The position numbers and the translations under genes were made by a program. A DNA stretch of 64,000 nucleotides from Promethearchaeota archaeon (lineage in GTDB: Archaea > Asgardarchaeota > Hermodarchaeia > Hermodarchaeales > Hermodarchaeaceae): contig JBHLPH010000009.1 in NCBI GenBank assembly GCA_048939625.1, positions 1 through 64,000 on the forward strand. Reading direction: 5' to 3'. The notes beneath the pieces are model-generated. The model had not been told where the DNA came from. It did not search any database and saw nothing but the letters and a program-made list of their open reading frames with translations. Numbering within the stretch: the first letter of the stretch is position 1; each line of letters begins with the position of its first letter. Positions 59,801 to 64,000 of this stretch are shown here, in pieces.

Positions 59801-60434
59801 GAGAGATCAGTTAGGTCTTATTAATCAAAAAGCCGTTGAACGCTTTGAAGAAATCCGCCATGCCTATGATGAGATATTAGAAAAAGAAACCCGAATACGT
59901 GATGAACGTGAAGCAATTCTGGATGCAATGCGGAAGGCAGAAGAAGAGAAGTTTCGCGTGTTTATGGCGGCGTTTAATAGTATTTCACAGAATTTTACTG
60001 ACGTTTATCAACAACTCACTCAGGGAGAGGGACAGCTCGAATTAGAGAATCCTGAGAATCCGTTCTTAGGTGGAATACGAATGAAGATCCGTCCTGCAGG
60101 TAAACGTGTTCAATACCTCGACGCCCTTTCCGGAGGAGAAAAGGCACTTACAGCATTAACCTTTATGTTCGCTCTGCAACTCCACCAGCCGGCTCCTTTC
60201 TACTTCCTTGATGAGATCGACGAAGCATTAGACCCAAATAATACCGATCGAGTTGCTCGACTAATCGCTAGTCTTTCAGAAAATTCACAATTTTTCATCA
60301 TTTCACACAATGAGATTACCATCCGATTGGCTAATACAATACTCGGTGTTGCACTAGTTGATGGCGTATCCCAGGTATTTTCGGTTCAATTCGAAGAAGG
60401 CCTTCTTATGATTGAAGGAACAAGTAAAACCTAG
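56871..60434 (+). CDS. smc: Chromosome partition protein SMC
   Basis: GFKSF, GENGCGKSN, hinge GRATFIPL/GG, LSGGEK, LDEID, ISH. Confidence 0.97.
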   Translation: MAYLQQIVIQGFKSFSSRKIAIDLSRGFTAIVGENGCGKSNILDAVCFVLGRLSSKSLRAENFASLLFNGGANNSPAKLTRVSLVFNNVDRHFPIDSDEITISREVDETGISAYRIGGKRVTRTEMIDTIAVAGLHPEGHNIVMQNELANVITMTPTEIRQIVEGVAGISVFDEKKQQIESELVKVDQNLHMVQLRTEEIRLEYSRLERDRKDALRWREITDKLTKLERDLVFAELARIEERLNAMKEEFETYSSNIKELEKRRKEAKDRKLELEQNVLADEKHIKDLDQKQRKNELEEIRAREILNNLQHTSDKLTQENALLSASVNHLSSKELEEQTRYSELNEEIKTLKADEDALKAQIVPIRTRLSELSKDTVSPDAEYLSLREKILELTQVIETKKSQLGETSALIQVTEKSVSDLKTQIEKSYALLPEQEYARDEAQTECQNLETQLKNQESEVAELFDQKAAFQKSMQEKLDKQEELNNLIQNSKEELLEVQTRLKTIREFKKYGLTRKAATEATLKFAKENKIPGIYGTLGSLGKTSTKHATALEVAGGGRLDFIVVDTEETATKCIEHLKKSRIGRATFIPLDTIKTNPYSYKGDQKGVVGNAIDLLTFDEKYRPAFDYVFGRTLIVKDLKVARNIKASGVRKITIDGDVVEPNRTLTGGFYKGLSSLSLEEETRIPELQKKLKELRALQTKAAAEYKEWVDKNNELDGQVSQKQQQLEELKSKVTKANELATVQEEALIDFKESISKIRESLKDKQETQQTLINKFQKEEVVIDELINNRKELQDHLSLLERSSLDPNLTGLRKQLDDYESQLQQTQLSLTEKNSEARFSQSEIKRLSTESSNAKAELKQKEKELATTTEQIQQHQSKIDALEAEINKLNEQISTIEERILESGKESRQLETTIDEVFDKINEVQLNQSKIEGRIEHWQERYDAQMEKTQGLEPPLLPLEPSQVHSFRRQISELQQERDQLGLINQKAVERFEEIRHAYDEILEKETRIRDEREAILDAMRKAEEEKFRVFMAAFNSISQNFTDVYQQLTQGEGQLELENPENPFLGGIRMKIRPAGKRVQYLDALSGGEKALTALTFMFALQLHQPAPFYFLDEIDEALDPNNTDRVARLIASLSENSQFFIISHNEITIRLANTILGVALVDGVSQVFSVQFEEGLLMIEGTSKT

Positions 60435-60501
60435 TGAAAAGCTGATAATACATCAGGTTATATAGGATGCATTTATCAAGTACTACAAAATTGCAAAGAA
60501 A

Positions 60502-61209
60502 TTGGAGAACGATAAACCATTGACAGAAAGTAGCCCTGAACCATTCTGGTTTCATCAACCATGGCGAGTTTTAACTGATATCTTAGAACTCCAAAGGATC
60601 AGTCCATGGGAACTCGACTTGGCTGAGCTAGTCAATGGTTTTATTGGTCGGTTACTAACAGCTGAATATATTGACTTTCGTATTTGTGGCCGTGCACTTC
60701 TTTCTGCAGCAATCCTTCTCCGATTAAAGACAGAATATCTACTTGAGTTTGGTCGCGAAGAAGAAGAAATCATCAAGGTTATCGAAGATGATATTTTTCT
60801 ACCTCCGATTCGTCCACCTTTTCGACAAAATATTCGTCCCACATCATCAGCAGAATTCATCGAGGCATTACGTGAACTTGTCTTTCCACCTAAGACGCGG
60901 CTCCGAAAACAGACAAAGATTCTTGATTCTTCACCCACGATTCCCCAATTTGATGGATCTCAAGTTGAACTGGCCAAATCCTTGAAACGATTATATACCA
61001 AGCTGCTTGAAACAAGCCTTGAAAGTAACCCAATCTCTTTTGTTGACTTTGTTCACGGAATGTCACATATTGATATTATTCGTGTTTTTCTTACTCTCCT
61101 CTACTTATTAGGCGAAGGCAAAATTCACATTTCGCAGAATCTCCAATATGGAGACATCATGATTTCAGTGCAAGAGCCAAGCGGTGAGGAGGGAATTAAT
61201 AGTGGATGA
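60502..61209 (+). CDS. scpA: Segregation/condensation protein A (kleisin)
   Basis: PW..DL..L, G.AL..AA.LL..K, FL.LL.L...G...Q...G.I; follows smc. Confidence 0.88.
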   Translation: MENDKPLTESSPEPFWFHQPWRVLTDILELQRISPWELDLAELVNGFIGRLLTAEYIDFRICGRALLSAAILLRLKTEYLLEFGREEEEIIKVIEDDIFLPPIRPPFRQNIRPTSSAEFIEALRELVFPPKTRLRKQTKILDSSPTIPQFDGSQVELAKSLKRLYTKLLETSLESNPISFVDFVHGMSHIDIIRVFLTLLYLLGEGKIHISQNLQYGDIMISVQEPSGEEGINSG

Positions 61210-61750
61210 GGCAACTCGATTAGTTGAAGCAGCCCTCTACATCTCTGGACGTCCTCTCACCATCCATGAAATCCAACAAGTGACACAAATACCTACTTTG
61301 AAGCAAGTCCGAGAGTGTGTCCAAGAGCTAATAGATGAATATGATAATCGATCAGGGGCTTTAGAGATTGTTAGGCTTCCTCGTCAACGTTTTGTTCTCC
61401 AATTAGACCCTGAACTCAGTGAACATGTAGGTGAATTAGCTCCCCAAGGATTACTCTCCCTGGGTGAACTGAAAACTCTGATTTATATCGCACTCTCCCA
61501 ACCCATACTTCAATCAGATGTTGTAGTATATCGTGGTTCTCATTGTTATAAACACATCAAAGCGCTCGAATCACATGGTTTCATCGAATCTAAACCAGCT
61601 GGACGAACAAAAGAACTCACAACCACTGAAATGTTTGCAGATTATTTCGGTTTTGATTACGATACTGACAAACTCAAAGGTCAACTACGAAGAATGATTA
61701 AACAAATCCGAATAGAACAATCGGAGCTAGCGTCAGCAGCAGAACAATAG
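61202..61750 (+). CDS. scpB: Segregation/condensation protein B
   Basis: VEAALY....P, L.TL..IA..QP, RG, GR.....TT..F..YFG; GTG 61202. Confidence 0.92.
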   Translation: MDEATRLVEAALYISGRPLTIHEIQQVTQIPTLKQVRECVQELIDEYDNRSGALEIVRLPRQRFVLQLDPELSEHVGELAPQGLLSLGELKTLIYIALSQPILQSDVVVYRGSHCYKHIKALESHGFIESKPAGRTKELTTTEMFADYFGFDYDTDKLKGQLRRMIKQIRIEQSELASAAEQ

Positions 61751-61850
61751 CAAACTCTACTTATTCAGATGCGAAGCATAGCCCTAACTTTGTTAGTTTA
61801 TATCTACTTCTACATACTCAAGGAAAGCTAATTATCTCGAGGCTCCAAGT

Positions 61851-62336
61851 GTGGCAAGAATCCCTCAAGAATCTGTAACTTCTCAGTCATATAATAAGAC
61901 TTCACGCATCAAACCTCCTGAAGGACTCTATTCCCTATTTATTCTGAAAGAATCGGGGTGTCCATTTTATTATCAGATTTTTACTTCAGACGAAAATCAT
62001 CCTGATCCAGCAATTCTTGGAGGCTTTTTCATTGCCTTATCTCTATTTGCGAAAGAGGTTACATCTGGTCACATTGAGACGGTGACAACTGAACCTTGTA
62101 GGTATACCTTTCATCCACTGCAAAATGGACTCTTAGTCATCAGTAGTTCAAAAACATCTAATCCCATTATTATCGAAACAATCGCAAAACGAATTGTGAA
62201 ATTATTTCTCACAAAATATCGTGATCGACTTATCACGCCTCAATCTGCAGCCGTCTGCGCACCTGAGCTAAACGAACAAATTGCTCAGATACTTGATGAA
62301 ACCAATCTCAGAATAACACAGGAGTCTGCAATATAA
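61851..62336 (+). CDS. Longin-like domain protein
   Basis: LFI...SG.P.Y...DP.L.GGF..AL..FA.EV pattern typical of Asgard longin domains. Confidence 0.65.
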   Translation: MARIPQESVTSQSYNKTSRIKPPEGLYSLFILKESGCPFYYQIFTSDENHPDPAILGGFFIALSLFAKEVTSGHIETVTTEPCRYTFHPLQNGLLVISSSKTSNPIIIETIAKRIVKLFLTKYRDRLITPQSAAVCAPELNEQIAQILDETNLRITQESAI

Positions 62337-62343
62337 AACTAAA

Positions 62344-63384
62344 CTAGCACACACGTGGAATAGCCTCTGCCCAGGGATGTTGGATTACCCGAGAACCACC
62401 AACCTCTGTTTTCATGACAACTAAACCCGTGCGCTCATTCGTAGCCTCTCCAATAATTTGAGCCTGCCTTCCATATTTTGTGCTACGAATTGCCTGTAGA
62501 ACTGCTTCTGCTTTACTAGCTTCTACAGAAATCAGGGCCTTTCCTTCACATGTTACTTGAAGCGGATCAAGTCCAAGCATCTGGCTGGCAGCAAGCACTT
62601 CACGCTGGAATGGAAGATCGGACTCATTGATTACCAAGCTAACACTTGCCTTCTTAGCAAACTCATTCAATGTGGCTGAAAGTCCCCCGCGTGTAGGGTC
62701 TTTCATTGCGTGAATTCCGCCAACCTGCAAAGCCTCTTGAATTAAGGACCATAAAGGAGCCACATCAGATACTAAATCGGTTTCAAAAGTAAGCCCTTCA
62801 CGACTAGCTAACAAAGCGATACCATGATCACCAATTGTACCGGTAATTATTAGCTTATCACCTGCTTTTACCCCATCATCTGTAATTGCCTGTCCCTTTT
62901 CAACAATACCAAATCCAGTTGTGCAGATAATCATCTGATCAACTCCTCCTCTTGGCATAACTTTGGTGTCCCCTGCAATAATTGCCACTTGATCTTCTGC
63001 GGCTGTCGTTGCCATCGACTCTAAAATCGTATCAAGGGATTCAATTGCAAAGCCTTCTTCAATCACAAGTGCACTGGTGAGTGCTAATGGTTGTGCTCCC
63101 ATCATCGCTACATCATTTATTGTTCCTGCTACCGCAAGTCTTCCAATGTCACCTCCAGGGAAAAACAACGGGGATACCGTATGACTATCGGTTGAAACCA
63201 CTACCTCACGTTTTCCAATCGGAATCGTTGCTCCGTCGTCTGCTTCAGGTAATCCGATTCCCGTTTTATATCGATTAAGCTTAAAATGAGGAAAAACCAC
63301 CTCAGACAGAAATTGAGTCATAGCCTGTCCACCTGCACCATGAGCCAGCTCGACAAATGATTTGTCTTCAACCATAAAAATCAC
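62344..63384 (-). CDS. hypE: Hydrogenase maturation protein HypE
   Basis: HGAGG, DS..V.PLFFPGGDIG.LAV.GT.ND, GDTKV, DPTRGGL, C-terminal PRVC. Confidence 0.96.
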   Translation of the reverse strand: MIFMVEDKSFVELAHGAGGQAMTQFLSEVVFPHFKLNRYKTGIGLPEADDGATIPIGKREVVVSTDSHTVSPLFFPGGDIGRLAVAGTINDVAMMGAQPLALTSALVIEEGFAIESLDTILESMATTAAEDQVAIIAGDTKVMPRGGVDQMIICTTGFGIVEKGQAITDDGVKAGDKLIITGTIGDHGIALLASREGLTFETDLVSDVAPLWSLIQEALQVGGIHAMKDPTRGGLSATLNEFAKKASVSLVINESDLPFQREVLAASQMLGLDPLQVTCEGKALISVEASKAEAVLQAIRSTKYGRQAQIIGEATNERTGLVVMKTEVGGSRVIQHPWAEAIPRVC

Positions 63385-63502
63385 AACCGACTTGACCTAT
63401 GAAGCTCAAAGCCCACGAACCTAAAGTTCTTTGCCATTATCGGGTTGGCGAAATGTTTATAGCTCTTTGTCTGTGTCTCGTGTCAAATCCGAGGTTACTG
63501 AA

Positions 63503-63883
63503 ATGCCCCTATGGCAAGGAAAATCAAAACGCTATCATAGTGGTGCCAGACGTCACTCCTCTCGTAAGCATCGGAAATTCGAACGAGGGAGCCAAGCAAC
63601 AGAAACAATCATGGGTGAGAAGAAGCTACGCATAAAACGAGTCCTCGGTGGAAATATTAAGCATCGTTTACTTGCAGTTTCTTACGCCAATGTAACTGAT
63701 AAAGCCGCAGGGACATCCGAGAAAGCCAAGATAATCCAAGTCCTTCAGAATCCTGCGAATGTTGATTTTGATCGACGGGGAATTATAACCAAAGGCAGCA
63801 TAATTGAAACAGAGAAAGGCAAGGCTGTCGTAACAAGTCGTCCTGGCCAAACAGGCGTTGTTAACGCGATAAAAATTGAATAA
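63503..63883 (+). CDS. rps8e: 30S ribosomal protein S8e
   Basis: WQG.S.R..SG, RKFE.G, GGN.K.R, NPAN, ITKG.II.T..G.A.VTSRPGQ.G.VNA; ATG 63503. Confidence 0.96.
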   Translation: MPLWQGKSKRYHSGARRHSSRKHRKFERGSQATETIMGEKKLRIKRVLGGNIKHRLLAVSYANVTDKAAGTSEKAKIIQVLQNPANVDFDRRGIITKGSIIETEKGKAVVTSRPGQTGVVNAIKIE

Positions 63884-63892
63884 TGCTTTTCG

Positions 63893-64000
63893 CTATTCTT
63901 GTTCTACCTCTGCTTGAATATCCTTAATGATGCATTCTCTTCCCTGGATTACTTCAACATCTTTCGTATTACAATTAGAACACGCTAGAGAAGATAGAAT
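63893..64000 (-). CDS. hypA: Hydrogenase nickel chaperone HypA (C-terminal fragment; 5' end outside window)
   Basis: Manual translation ...LACSNCNTKDVEVIQGRECIIKDIQAEVEQE*; hypE nearby. Confidence 0.75.
   Translation of the reverse strand: MLSSLACSNCNTKDVEVIQGRECIIKDIQAEVEQE

Noticed and set aside
1-64000. CRISPR arrays, rRNA genes, provirus or integrase
   Set aside because: None seen by eye; the tRNA flanks show no obvious att duplication

Overview
64-kb window of a core (non-island) chromosome from an Asgard archaeon. The assignment is inferred from archaeal housekeeping genes (rpo6, thermosome, ileS, rps8e, herA-nurA, nucS, TYW1, class I CCA enzyme) together with eukaryotic-signature proteins (profilin, Rab-like GTPase, four roadblock proteins plus an MglA-like GTPase, longin-like and EMC6-like proteins). 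The exact lineage cannot be fixed from sequence alone. Main discovery: the Rab-like GTPase gene (41011..41556, minus) is interrupted at its switch-I/G2 threonine codon by a 30-nt insert (41405..41434). The insert carries an in-frame TAA and folds into a canonical 3-4-3 bulge-helix-bulge (BHB). Cutting at the standard tRNA-splicing-endonuclease positions restores ...YIMTVG... exactly, so this is a predicted tRNA-type intron in an mRNA for a eukaryotic-signature protein. All three tRNA genes also carry BHB introns (five in total, including the non-canonical sites 29/30 and 59/60). One is a rare tRNA-Ile(UAU), immediately downstream of ileS, with a compensatory A19:U56 pair. Other items: a probable CTG-initiated endonuclease V, a proteasome beta subunit lacking Thr1, a class I (bacterial/eukaryote-type) GAPDH, a TFB-cyclin-like/wHTH hypothetical cluster, and an internally deleted tnpB element that keeps its right end/omegaRNA region. 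All product calls come from motif recognition by eye; no database searches were run.
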